Part shown: positions 29,060 through 36,177 of the stretch, piece after piece
Numbering within the stretch: position 1 is the stretch's first letter
Layout of the letters: each line of letters opens with the position of its first letter
IMG/VR virus record: IMGVR_UViG_3300044641_009778
Strand: one strand, 5' to 3'
Length of the DNA: 64,000 bases
Source: an uncultured virus (IMG/VR IMGVR_UViG_3300044641_009778)
Taxonomy: Duplodnaviria > Heunggongvirae > Uroviricota > Caudoviricetes
Position numbers and translations under genes: made by a program
Notes under the pieces: model-generated
Told to the model about the DNA's origin: nothing
Seen by the model: the letters and a program-made list of their open reading frames with translations, nothing else
Database searches by the model: none

Positions 29060-29266
29060 TCAAGATTTGGTGTCCGGTGTTTTAACTTCCACCGGCGGTG
29101 GTTGTACGTAGTTGAATAATTTTATGGGCGTCCAGTAGCGGGTAAATAATCGATTCAATATCACCGCGGTTGCTGAAATTACCAGAATGCCAAGACACAC
29201 CAGCACCGATCCAACTAAAAATTCCGCAGCGCCGATGATGACTGTGGCTGTTTGACTATCCACCAT
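29060..29266 (-). CDS. small membrane protein
   Basis: GGAG RBS; hydrophobic. Confidence 0.55.
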   Translation of the reverse strand: MVDSQTATVIIGAAEFLVGSVLVCLGILVISATAVILNRLFTRYWTPIKLFNYVQPPPVEVKTPDTKS

Positions 29267-29280
29267 ATGTTCTCCGTTGA

Positions 29281-29925
29281 TTATATTTCTAACAATGTTG
29301 CTTTTTCTTGATTTCCCAAAATTGTTTTTGGTGCAAACCATGTATTAAATGACAAGCTAGTTCTCGGCGTTTTTCTAGACTTTTCTATTGTTTTTACTGA
29401 ATGAGGTAGTGATGAAGGAAATAACATTAGACTACCTACTTCTACTGGTAACCACCAGTTCATAGAATTAAATATATTATATTCTTCTATGTCATAGGAT
29501 AGTACATTTTGCATTAGTGTCATCGGGCTTTGACTTGTAAATGATATACTATCCTCCGTTTCATCAACATCGATATACAAAACACCAGAAATATAACTAT
29601 TGGCATGAGTATGTTCGATATGCGACTCTTCATAATCGGTCCAATTAAGCCAACTTTCAGTTATCTTCAATGCCATGTAATTTTTAGGGCATAAAACATT
29701 GGCAACATAGTAATCAATTTGAGATTGAATATAGGTTTTTATATCTTGAAAAATTACATTGTCTAACACTCGAGTATCTACACTACTGTAATTACCGCCT
29801 GCAGATTTCTTTAAACTTTTTTTACAATCCTGTACATAAAGAATTTCTTCTGCTGTAAATTTTCGTTGTAACTTTGACTCCATTACTGGTACTGGAAAAA
29901 GACCGTATGTCACTGGTGCTGTCAT
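29281..29925 (-). CDS. putative 2OG-Fe(II) oxygenase (TIGR02466-like)
   Basis: HTH..SYISGVLY, LFPSSLPHSV, RTSLSFN. Confidence 0.85.
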   Translation of the reverse strand: MTAPVTYGLFPVPVMESKLQRKFTAEEILYVQDCKKSLKKSAGGNYSSVDTRVLDNVIFQDIKTYIQSQIDYYVANVLCPKNYMALKITESWLNWTDYEESHIEHTHANSYISGVLYIDVDETEDSISFTSQSPMTLMQNVLSYDIEEYNIFNSMNWWLPVEVGSLMLFPSSLPHSVKTIEKSRKTPRTSLSFNTWFAPKTILGNQEKATLLEI

Positions 29926-29927
29926 AA

Positions 29928-30398
29928 TTAAGCTGCCTTTAAACTTTTGATGCGATCTGCGGCATAGCTGGCTGCAAATGCTCGAGGTTTCACCATGGGT
30001 ACGACATTGCAGGTACCGCGTATATAGCCTATGGCTTCGTTGATTACGCAGCTCGATCCATGCAGTTCGCTGGGATTGATGTCGAGGTGTACTTCGACTT
30101 CACGATCCTCCAGCACATCGTGCAGCTTCTGATACAGTTCCGCAATCTTATAGACTTCGTTCATGAGTCGCATGCGCGGCCGATCCTTGCGATGTTCGTA
30201 ATCACGTTCGCGCTGCACTTCACCGAAGATTTTGCAACCATTGTTGCCGTTGATGTGCACCACAATGGCCAGAGTATAGTCTGCGTACCAGTCCTTGCCA
30301 ATTTGAAATCTATCGCTGTCGCCGCCGATGTAGATTTTTGTGGCCGGCGTCTGTGCTTCGATGAAACGTCGTACCTGTTCAATGTCAATTTTTCGCAT
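29928..30398 (-). CDS. RNase H-like (YkuK/DUF458-like) protein
   Basis: KIYIGGDS, EVHLDIN, AASYAAD. Confidence 0.8.
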   Translation of the reverse strand: MRKIDIEQVRRFIEAQTPATKIYIGGDSDRFQIGKDWYADYTLAIVVHINGNNGCKIFGEVQRERDYEHRKDRPRMRLMNEVYKIAELYQKLHDVLEDREVEVHLDINPSELHGSSCVINEAIGYIRGTCNVVPMVKPRAFAASYAADRIKSLKAA

Positions 30399-30408
30399 TG
30401 CTCGTCCT

Positions 30409-30483
30409 TGGAGCGGGTAGTCGGGTTCGAACCGACGACATTTTCCTTGGCAAGGAAACATTCTACCACTGAATTATACCCGC
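30409..30483 (-). tRNA. tRNA-Gly(GCC)
   Basis: TTTCC-TTGCCAA-GGAAA; U73; CCA. Confidence 0.9.
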
Positions 30484-30490
30484 ATTAACA

Positions 30491-30564
30491 TGGCCCCGGT
30501 GCACGGACTCGAACCGCGACAAGCAGTTTTGGAGACTGCCGTGCTGCCATTACACCACACCGAG
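30491..30564 (-). tRNA. tRNA-Trp(CCA)
   Basis: GCAGT-CTCCAAA-ACTGC. Confidence 0.9.
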
Positions 30565-30568
30565 GTTG

Positions 30569-30745
30569 CTACTTTTTCTGCTCATCAATGAATTTTTTCA
30601 GAGCCTCCGTCACACAATCTTCGGTGCTCAGTATGTCCTGATAGTCGCTGGGACGCTTTTTGAAGATGGCATCCCAGTTATTGTCAAATGTATCAATATC
30701 CACACTGAGTGGTCTGGGTTTGCTACCCTTGCCTCCGTCGCTCAT
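30569..30745 (-). CDS. small phage protein
   Basis: MSDGGKGSKPRP...FDNNWDAIF. Confidence 0.65.
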   Translation of the reverse strand: MSDGGKGSKPRPLSVDIDTFDNNWDAIFKKRPSDYQDILSTEDCVTEALKKFIDEQKK

Positions 30746-30758
30746 ATCTATCTCTGGT

Positions 30759-30832
30759 TGGTACCCTCGACTGGTAACGATCCAATGTCTATCGCTTATC
30801 AAGCGAGTGCTCTGCCTTTGAGCTACGAGGGC
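30759..30832 (-). tRNA. tRNA-Ile(GAT)
   Basis: Loop TTGATAA; atypical T-loop ATCGTTA. Confidence 0.85.
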
Positions 30833-30923
30833 GTTGATTAAAGATTTTTGTGAATCATTATTAAAAGAATTATCACCATGACTAGTACTGCGATTGCCCC
30901 ATCATGGTTCTCCTTTGGTTAAC

Positions 30924-30998
30924 TGGGGTGTCCAACGGGTACCGACCCCGTACCTACTCTTTCACAGAGAGCAATGCTACCACTACACCATGGACACC
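30924..30998 (-). tRNA. tRNA-His(GTG)
   Basis: Loop CTGTGAA; G-1/C73. Confidence 0.85.
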
Positions 30999-31000
30999 AT

Positions 31001-31075
31001 TGGCCGGTCCGGAGAGATTCGAACTCCCGACAGCTGGTTTCGAAGACCAGAACTCTTCCGCTGAGCTACGGACCG
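31001..31075 (-). tRNA. tRNA-Arg(TCG)
   Basis: CTGGT-CTTCGAA-ACCAG. Confidence 0.9.
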
Positions 31076-31078
31076 GTG

Positions 31079-31639
31079 TTACATTGTAGGACCATTACCA
31101 TTTTGAAACCCCACACTACCGCCTTCTTCTTTGATTCGTTTAATTACATCTTCAAATAAAACCGGACGATAATCATAGTGTTCCACGCACACACAATGAT
31201 AACGTGGATCAATCGCACCATCTTTCTTTACTCTATTGTAATGAAGATGTCCGTGAATATTGGTACCGAAACGACCCAGACTTTCTTCGTGCACCGGAAT
31301 ATGACTGAGTATCATTCCGTTCATTACATGATAGCCTCGCACATCGCGAAAATATTCCGTATATTCTTCGAGCCGAAAAATGTCGTGATTGCCTTTGATC
31401 AAAACTTTATCGCCATTGAGCCTGGAGAGAGTTTTAAGCGCCTTGCGGTTGATCACTACGTCGCCGAGATGATAGACCTTATCGTTGGGGCGCACAGTTT
31501 CGTTCCAGCGCCGCACCATTTCTTCGTCCATCTCCGCAGCATCATCCCAGGGTCGAAGCTTGGTGCCGTCGTCGCGAAGGAACCGGCACACGCCGCTGTG
31601 GCCAAAGTGTGTATCCGAAACTAAAAATACTGCGGGCAT
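31079..31639 (-). CDS. calcineurin-like phosphoesterase
   Basis: SDTHFGH, LGDV, GNHD, HGHLH. Confidence 0.9.
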   Translation of the reverse strand: MPAVFLVSDTHFGHSGVCRFLRDDGTKLRPWDDAAEMDEEMVRRWNETVRPNDKVYHLGDVVINRKALKTLSRLNGDKVLIKGNHDIFRLEEYTEYFRDVRGYHVMNGMILSHIPVHEESLGRFGTNIHGHLHYNRVKKDGAIDPRYHCVCVEHYDYRPVLFEDVIKRIKEEGGSVGFQNGNGPTM

Positions 31640-31660
31640 GATTAACTCCTCTATCTTTCT

Positions 31661-31689
31661 ATTCTAGCATCTTTATACATCGATGTCAA
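31661..31689 (-). promoter_or_regulatory. early promoter
   Basis: TTGACA-N17 (ending TGC)-TAGAAT. Confidence 0.7.
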
Positions 31690-31690
31690 G

Positions 31691-31924
31691 TCATCGGCGC
31701 CGAATCTTCATACCCACCCAGGTACCGCAAAAAGCACCTGCGCAGGCCGGTATCAACATCCAGTGATTGCTGGTGTAGTTAATGATGGCAACGCCGGCCA
31801 TCAGGTACACTGCTACTGCCCAGCAGCTGGATTTAAATGCTTCGTTGTTGTTGACGGCTCTGAGATAATAGGTATAGAACGCATCAGTAAAAAACAAAGC
31901 CAAAAATGTCGCAACATAGTCCAT
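31691..31924 (-). CDS. small multi-TM protein
   Basis: Start MDYVATF; three hydrophobic segments. Confidence 0.6.
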   Translation of the reverse strand: MDYVATFLALFFTDAFYTYYLRAVNNNEAFKSSCWAVAVYLMAGVAIINYTSNHWMLIPACAGAFCGTWVGMKIRRR

Positions 31925-31935
31925 GATGTCTTTCT

Positions 31936-32009
31936 TGGTCTCGGTAGGAAGAATCGAACTTCCGCCACATGCTCCCAAAGCACGCATGATACCATTTCAC
32001 CATACCGAG
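31936..32009 (-). tRNA. tRNA-Pro(TGG)
   Basis: Loop TTTGGGA; C1-G72. Confidence 0.9.
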
Positions 32010-32014
32010 TTACT

Positions 32015-32091
32015 TGGTGGGCCGGGAGAGACTCGAACTCTCTGTCCCCCGATTATGAGTCGGACGCATATACCAGTTATGCTTCCGGCCC
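32015..32091 (-). tRNA. tRNA(CAT), possibly Ile2
   Basis: Loop CTCATAA; GGGCC acceptor typical of Ile2. Confidence 0.8.
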
Positions 32092-32092
32092 T

Positions 32093-32167
32093 TGGTGCAT
32101 CGTGCTGGATTCGAACCAACGACAACCTGCTTGTAAGGCAGGGACTCTACCGCTGAGCTAACGATGC
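32093..32167 (-). tRNA. tRNA-Val(TAC)
   Basis: CCTGC-CTTACAA-GCAGG. Confidence 0.9.
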
Positions 32168-32171
32168 GAAC

Positions 32172-32247
32172 TGGTGCCGGTTGTAGGACTCGAACCCACC
32201 ACCTGATGATTACAAATCAACTGCTCTACCTGATGAGCTAAACCGGC
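32172..32247 (-). tRNA. tRNA-Thr(TGT)
   Basis: Loop TTTGTAA. Confidence 0.9.
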
Positions 32248-32249
32248 TC

Positions 32250-32325
32250 TGGTGGTGATGGAGGGAATCGAGCCCCCGACCGTCACCGTATGAAGGTGCC
32301 GCTCTTCCAACTGAGCTACATCACC
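32250..32325 (-). tRNA. tRNA-Met(CAT)
   Basis: Loop TTCATAC. Confidence 0.85.
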
Positions 32326-32326
32326 G

Positions 32327-32402
32327 TGGAGCGGGCGAAGAGATTCGAACTCTCGACAATCTGCTTGGAAGGCAGACGCTCTACCAACTGAGCTACGCCC
32401 GC
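32327..32402 (-). tRNA. tRNA-Gly(TCC)
   Basis: TCTGC-CTTCCAA-GCAGA. Confidence 0.9.
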
Positions 32403-32406
32403 GTTA

Positions 32407-32482
32407 TGGCTGTCTTGGCTGGGATCGAACCAGCGACAGGGTGATTAACAGTCACCTGCTCTACCAACTGAGCTACAAGACA
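32407..32482 (-). tRNA. tRNA-Asn(GTT)
   Basis: GGTGA-CTGTTAA-TCACC. Confidence 0.9.
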
Positions 32483-32485
32483 ATA

Positions 32486-32722
32486 TTACTTGTTGGAGAC
32501 GCAGATATCACCTTTGAACAGATATACGTTGCTGTCGATGCGAGCCTGCTCGAACAGCTGGTTCTCTATGCAGACATAGGGATCCTTGTAGTTCAAAAAG
32601 TAATAGTACACTCCATAACCCGCTCCGGCTAGAATCAGCAGGATGGGTATGTACTTGATATACTGCACAATGCCAGGCATCATGCTGAGTATCTGTGGCA
32701 GGATTTTTAATAGGTCTTTCAT
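32486..32722 (-). CDS. small TM protein with late promoter
   Basis: Start MKDLLK; ATAAATA at 32728-32734. Confidence 0.6.
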   Translation of the reverse strand: MKDLLKILPQILSMMPGIVQYIKYIPILLILAGAGYGVYYYFLNYKDPYVCIENQLFEQARIDSNVYLFKGDICVSNK

Positions 32723-32734
32723 GCCACTATTTAT

Positions 32735-32826
32735 TGGTGGAGACGGTGGGATTCGAACCCACGGATCGACTTGCGTCAATCGACGGTTTAGCAAACCGCT
32801 GCCTTCAGCCTCTCAGCCACGTCTCC
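32735..32826 (-). tRNA. tRNA-Ser(GCT)
   Basis: Loop TTGCTAA; long variable arm. Confidence 0.9.
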
Positions 32827-32943
32827 GATGATTACTGCAAACAAATAAAACAACGTCATCAAGGCAGCTACTGCCACGCCCATGCCAATCCAATAACCTA
32901 TGATGGTGAGTATGACTTTGGCTATGATCACGTTTCCTCCGTT

Positions 32944-33020
32944 TGGTAGCGGGTGCAGGATTCGAACCTGCGATCTCTGGCATATGAAACCAGCGAGAAC
33001 GACCTCTTCTCTAACCCGCA
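32944..33020 (-). tRNA. tRNA-fMet-like (CAT)
   Basis: Unpaired 1:72 (T/T); loop TTCATAT. Confidence 0.8.
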
Positions 33021-33028
33021 ATAAATTA

Positions 33029-33223
33029 TTAGGCCAATTGATCGACGTTACTGCCTTTGGCAGCCGTATCTAGCTGACCCTGCGCAGTGTACAGCGTCAC
33101 CGTAAAGAAATGTCGTTCAACCTGCGTGACATCGTTGCCTTTATCATAGTCAAAAGTTATTCTTTTTTCTACGGTGCGAAAATCACCCTGTACACCATAA
33201 TACATTACTGAATTTATTTCCAT
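33029..33223 (-). CDS. small hypothetical protein
   Basis: Start MEINS after AAGGA; ends KGSNVDQLA. Confidence 0.55.
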   Translation of the reverse strand: MEINSVMYYGVQGDFRTVEKRITFDYDKGNDVTQVERHFFTVTLYTAQGQLDTAAKGSNVDQLA

Positions 33224-33232
33224 ATTTTTCCT

Positions 33233-33308
33233 TGGCGGTCCTAGGGGGTAACGATCCCCACTCTTCTGGCGTGACAGGCCAGCGTGCGTCCGTGAACACT
33301 TTAGGACC
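33233..33308 (-). tRNA. tRNA-Asp(GTC)
   Basis: Loop CTGTCAC; T-loop ATCGTTA. Confidence 0.85.
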
Positions 33309-33314
33309 AAATTC

Positions 33315-33389
33315 TGGTGGACCATGACAGATTCGAACTGTCTACTCCGCGGTGCAAACGCAGTGTTTTCCCAATTATACTAATGGCCC
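33315..33389 (-). tRNA. tRNA-Ala(TGC)
   Basis: G3-U70; loop TTTGCAC. Confidence 0.9.
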
Positions 33390-33476
33390 TGGTGGGTGCT
33401 CTCCGATTCGAACAGAGAAGGTCTGAGACAACAGATTTACAGTCTGCCCCCGATACCATTACGGGACTAAGCACCC
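33390..33476 (-). tRNA. tRNA-Tyr(GTA)
   Basis: GCAGA-CTGTAAA-TCTGT. Confidence 0.85.
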
Positions 33477-33483
33477 AAAACTC

Positions 33484-33560
33484 TGGAGTTGGCGATGGGA
33501 TTCGAACCCACATGAAACGGATTTGCAGTCCGTGGCCTAACCATTCAGCTACACACCAAC
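33484..33560 (-). tRNA. tRNA-Cys(GCA)
   Basis: ACGGA-CTGCAAA-TCCGT; U73; apparent 2-nt insertion before the D arm. Confidence 0.8.
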
Positions 33561-33561
33561 A

Positions 33562-33637
33562 TGGTAGGGGATACAGGACTCGAACCTGTGCGTGTCGGAA
33601 TCAAAATCCGATGCCTTACCAACTTGGCGAATCCCCA
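33562..33637 (-). tRNA. tRNA-Gln(TTG)
   Basis: TCGGA-TTTTGAT-TCCGA. Confidence 0.9.
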
Positions 33638-33642
33638 ACAAA

Positions 33643-33720
33643 CCATATTAAAGCACATTCTGTCGCCGTTTTTGCTACGCTGGTAACGACCAAGACCTCA
33701 AAGAATGTGCTTTAATATGG
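33643..33720 (-). ncRNA. tRNA-3'-linked long hairpin, copy 1
   Basis: 19-bp perfect inverted repeat starting with the CCA of tRNA-Lys. Confidence 0.6.
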
Positions 33721-33793
33721 TACGGGCAGAGGGGATTGAACCCACGACACACGGATTAAAAGTCCGCTGCTCTACCAACTGAGCTATACCCGC
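33718..33793 (-). tRNA. tRNA-Lys(TTT)
   Basis: Loop CTTTTAA. Confidence 0.9.
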
Positions 33794-33796
33794 ATA

Positions 33797-34018
33797 ATTG
33801 CTTAGGCCACGTCTTTCCACGGATCGCCCCTATGCTGGAGTTGTTACCCTGTCCGAACACTAATAGCGATTGCTGCGTAGTGTCCACGCTGCTATGTCGT
33901 CTGAAACACCGGAGACACCACATCGAAATGCAGAGTCTATGTTTCGCTAACGGTGCCATAGCCACCGGGATTCTCTCGTTTACCACACGCTACTTTCAGG
34001 AAAGTAGTAACCGGAACT
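33797..34018 (-). ncRNA. candidate ~220-nt structured ncRNA
   Basis: No convincing RBS-led ORF; several hairpins. Confidence 0.45.
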
Positions 34019-34021
34019 TTA

Positions 34022-34119
34022 TGGTGGTTGGGCGTCACGCCAACTTTCTACTTACCACAAGGATTCTCATTACAGGTTGTTTCAGAGCACAGCCACCATA
34101 CAGTGACCAAATCCCAACC
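34022..34119 (-). ncRNA. tRNA-like RNA with acceptor stem and ACCA end
   Basis: GGTTGGG...CCCAACC-A-CCA; non-canonical body. Confidence 0.5.
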
Positions 34120-34130
34120 TTGCTTCTTCA

Positions 34131-34216
34131 CCATAGTGAAGCACACTACCCTAGACAGCTACTTTGGGACGGGCTGGCCGATACCGGGACACCGCTCGAA
34201 ATGTACTTCACTATGG
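34131..34216 (-). ncRNA. tRNA-3'-linked long hairpin, copy 2
   Basis: 17-bp stem (two G-U pairs) starting with the CCA of tRNA-Glu. Confidence 0.6.
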
Positions 34217-34290
34217 TACACCGTAGGGGATTCGAACCCACTCTAGCCACCTTGAAAGGGTGGTGACCTCAACCAGATGTCTAACGGTGC
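34214..34290 (-). tRNA. tRNA-Glu(TTC)
   Basis: CCACC-CTTTCAA-GGTGG. Confidence 0.9.
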
Positions 34291-34332
34291 ATCGGTACCA
34301 AATTTTTAATGAACATCAACTACCATACTGCT

Positions 34333-34361
34333 ATTCTAGCACCACTTGAGCGTCGTGTCAA
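34333..34361 (-). promoter_or_regulatory. early promoter for the tRNA array
   Basis: TTGACA-N17 (ending TGC)-TAGAAT. Confidence 0.75.
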
Positions 34362-34367
34362 GCAGTT

Positions 34368-34580
34368 TTAGCTACGAAATATTCCTACTATGTAAATCAT
34401 CATCAATCCAGCGTTCACACAGATAAGATTGATGTCGCGGACTCGGATGCTCCAGGTCAAATACAACAAGCTACCGAGATTCAACAAATACACATTCAAG
34501 GGATCAATGCGAAAGCTGGTGCAAATCGCCCCGCCGAGCGTGGCTGCTAACGCTGTCCACTTAATAATATCATTTAACAT
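34368..34580 (-). CDS. small three-TM protein
   Basis: Hydrophobic; near-leaderless after promoter. Confidence 0.65.
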   Translation of the reverse strand: MLNDIIKWTALAATLGGAICTSFRIDPLNVYLLNLGSLLYLTWSIRVRDINLICVNAGLMMIYIVGIFRS

Positions 34581-34586
34581 ACACCC

Positions 34587-34614
34587 ATTGTATAGGAACG
34601 ATGCTAGATGTCAA
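34587..34614 (-). promoter_or_regulatory. early promoter (repeat class)
   Basis: TTGACA-TCTAGCATCGTTCCTA-TACAAT. Confidence 0.75.
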
Positions 34615-34647
34615 GCCCCGAATAACTCATTGATTTACAAGTATTTT

Positions 34648-34740
34648 TGGCGGAGGGCGGAGGAGTCGAACCCCATCCGCTTTTGGCAGAACCTGGTTTT
34701 CAAGGCCAGTCGCAGGACCATCCCCGCTGCATCACCCTCC
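34648..34740 (-). tRNA. tRNA-Ser(TGA)
   Basis: Loop CTTGAAA; long variable arm; G73. Confidence 0.85.
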
Positions 34741-34744
34741 AAGT

Positions 34745-34774
34745 AAAAACCCCAGATCTTTTGGATTCTGGGGT
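34745..34774 (-). terminator. intrinsic terminator immediately 5' of tRNA-Ser
   Basis: ACCCCAGA/TCTGGGGT stem plus T-tract. Confidence 0.7.
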
Positions 34775-34803
34775 CTTGGTAAAAACGTATATCTGTCGTG
34801 TAC

Positions 34804-34908
34804 CTAGATCCCCCAACCTCCATCCCAGCGTGTATTGAAGCCGTACTGCTCCGAGCCGGGGCAACTTGGCTTAATTAATGCTGGTGAAAGGGCGATGAGT
34901 TGATGCAC
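34804..34908 (-). CDS. putative 34-aa attenuator leader peptide
   Basis: AGGAG-N5-GTG; MHQLIALSPALIKPSCPGSEQYGFNTRWDGGWGI*. Confidence 0.55.
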   Translation of the reverse strand: MHQLIALSPALIKPSCPGSEQYGFNTRWDGGWGI

Positions 34909-34974
34909 GACTACTCCTGATTGTTCTACGTATATATATCTGCTGCTTCTAAGAAACCGCGGTGAGCATAAAAA

Positions 34975-35277
34975 TTATTTTACGGCTCGAATGATGTCCT
35001 GTTGCTTGGCCAGGATCAACGGACTGAAGGCTGCCTTGTAATTGTTCAGCAGATCGTCCGCAGGATCAATCATGAAGATTACGTGGTCAAAGCTGATTTC
35101 AAATTCTTTGTCGGCGGCATAAGGAACCCAGTGAGTAATGTTGATGTTGGCTCGACTGGTTTCCGTGGGTTGGATCAGCACAATGCAGGGGTTCTTTACC
35201 TTGAGATGCGTGGTGGTGTCCACAACCTCGGCAATGAGATCCTCGCCGGTGCTCATGCGAATAAGTTTAACGTCCAT
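34975..35277 (-). CDS. Sm-like conserved T4-type protein
   Basis: VKLIRMSTGEDLIA...WVPY. Confidence 0.75.
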   Translation of the reverse strand: MDVKLIRMSTGEDLIAEVVDTTTHLKVKNPCIVLIQPTETSRANINITHWVPYAADKEFEISFDHVIFMIDPADDLLNNYKAAFSPLILAKQQDIIRAVK

Positions 35278-35315
35278 GATGTCTCCATAGCGGGGCCGTT
35301 GCCGGCCCCGGGTTA

Positions 35316-35810
35316 TTATTTGTCTTCGTTCAGCAGCTGCTTGGCCGAGGCCTTGCCGCCTTCCTTGACTTCAATTTTCTTGGCCTTCTTGTGTTCTGGA
35401 ATCAGTCGCTCCAGAGCAATCTTTAGCATACCGTTGAACAGTTCGGCATCTTTGATTTCAATGTGATCATTGATGGCAAAGGTGCGAGTAAAGTTACGGG
35501 CTGCAATGCCTTTGAAAATATACTCACCGCTGTCGTCTTCCTTGGCGTTACCTCGGACGATGAGTTTGTCATCCACAAATTCAATTTCAATATCCTGGCG
35601 AGCGAAACCAGCCAGAGCCATTTCAATGACATAGGTATTGTCACCGGTCTTGCGAATATTGCAGGGCGGATAATTGGGAATATTTTTTGTGACATCGTCG
35701 TGCAGCTTGGCCAGACGATTAAAATGATCATCAAATCCAACGAAAAATTTCTCAACGTCTTTGAACACCGACGCAGGATTGAGTGTATGATCCAGTGTAA
35801 ATGCCTTCAT
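35316..35810 (-). CDS. hsp20: small heat-shock protein (IbpA-like)
   Basis: NYPPCNI, IEMALAGF, KGIAARNFTRTF, NGMLKIAL. Confidence 0.95.
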   Translation of the reverse strand: MKAFTLDHTLNPASVFKDVEKFFVGFDDHFNRLAKLHDDVTKNIPNYPPCNIRKTGDNTYVIEMALAGFARQDIEIEFVDDKLIVRGNAKEDDSGEYIFKGIAARNFTRTFAINDHIEIKDAELFNGMLKIALERLIPEHKKAKKIEVKEGGKASAKQLLNEDK

Positions 35811-35813
35811 AGT

Positions 35814-35834
35814 AATCTCCTTGTTAAGCGAGTT
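35814..35834 (-). promoter_or_regulatory. ROSE-like RNA thermometer
   Basis: CTC-G-CTT pairs with AAGGAG SD, with a bulged G. Confidence 0.6.
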
Positions 35835-35952
35835 AAAATAAATGCTGCCCCGAAGGCGCAGCGATTTGCCGCTTACGATTGCGGCGACAGTCTAACGTTC
35901 TGTCCGGTCAGGCTGCCGGTAAGCTGCCTGCAGTACGTCCCATCCCGGGGAA

Positions 35953-36177
35953 TTAATCTAACGCGCCGCCTTCGGAACTCACCAGATCTTCGAGATCCTG
36001 GCGAAGTTTGTCGCGGTTGGTTACATTGCGCTGATCCTCTGGTACCTGCGGCAGGCTCTGCGCACGAATTTTGTCGATAAGCTGTGCCACAGTCTCATAG
36101 GGCAGTTTAGCCAAGGCCAGCAAAATCGCATTGGTTTCGTTGATGCTTAGATGTAATGTAATTTCATCGGGTCTCAT
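35953..36177 (-). CDS. hypothetical protein
   Basis: ATGA overlap with regA. Confidence 0.7.
   Translation of the reverse strand: MRPDEITLHLSINETNAILLALAKLPYETVAQLIDKIRAQSLPQVPEDQRNVTNRDKLRQDLEDLVSSEGGALD

Noticed and set aside
30838..30915. Small hydrophobic ORF after AAGGAG
   Set aside because: The RBS-linked ATG is out of frame with the hydrophobic stretch; cannot be supported.
33484..33560. Novel tRNA-Cys architecture
   Set aside because: The extra GT dinucleotide could be slippage or an assembly error; needs read-level checking.
33756..34266. Protein ORFs across the ncRNA region
   Set aside because: No RBS, overlap with tRNAs, and no protein-like motifs.
28891..34740. CRISPR-like array
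   Set aside because: The periodic TGG/TTCGAA matches are tRNA CCA ends and T-loops; there are no constant repeats with spacers.
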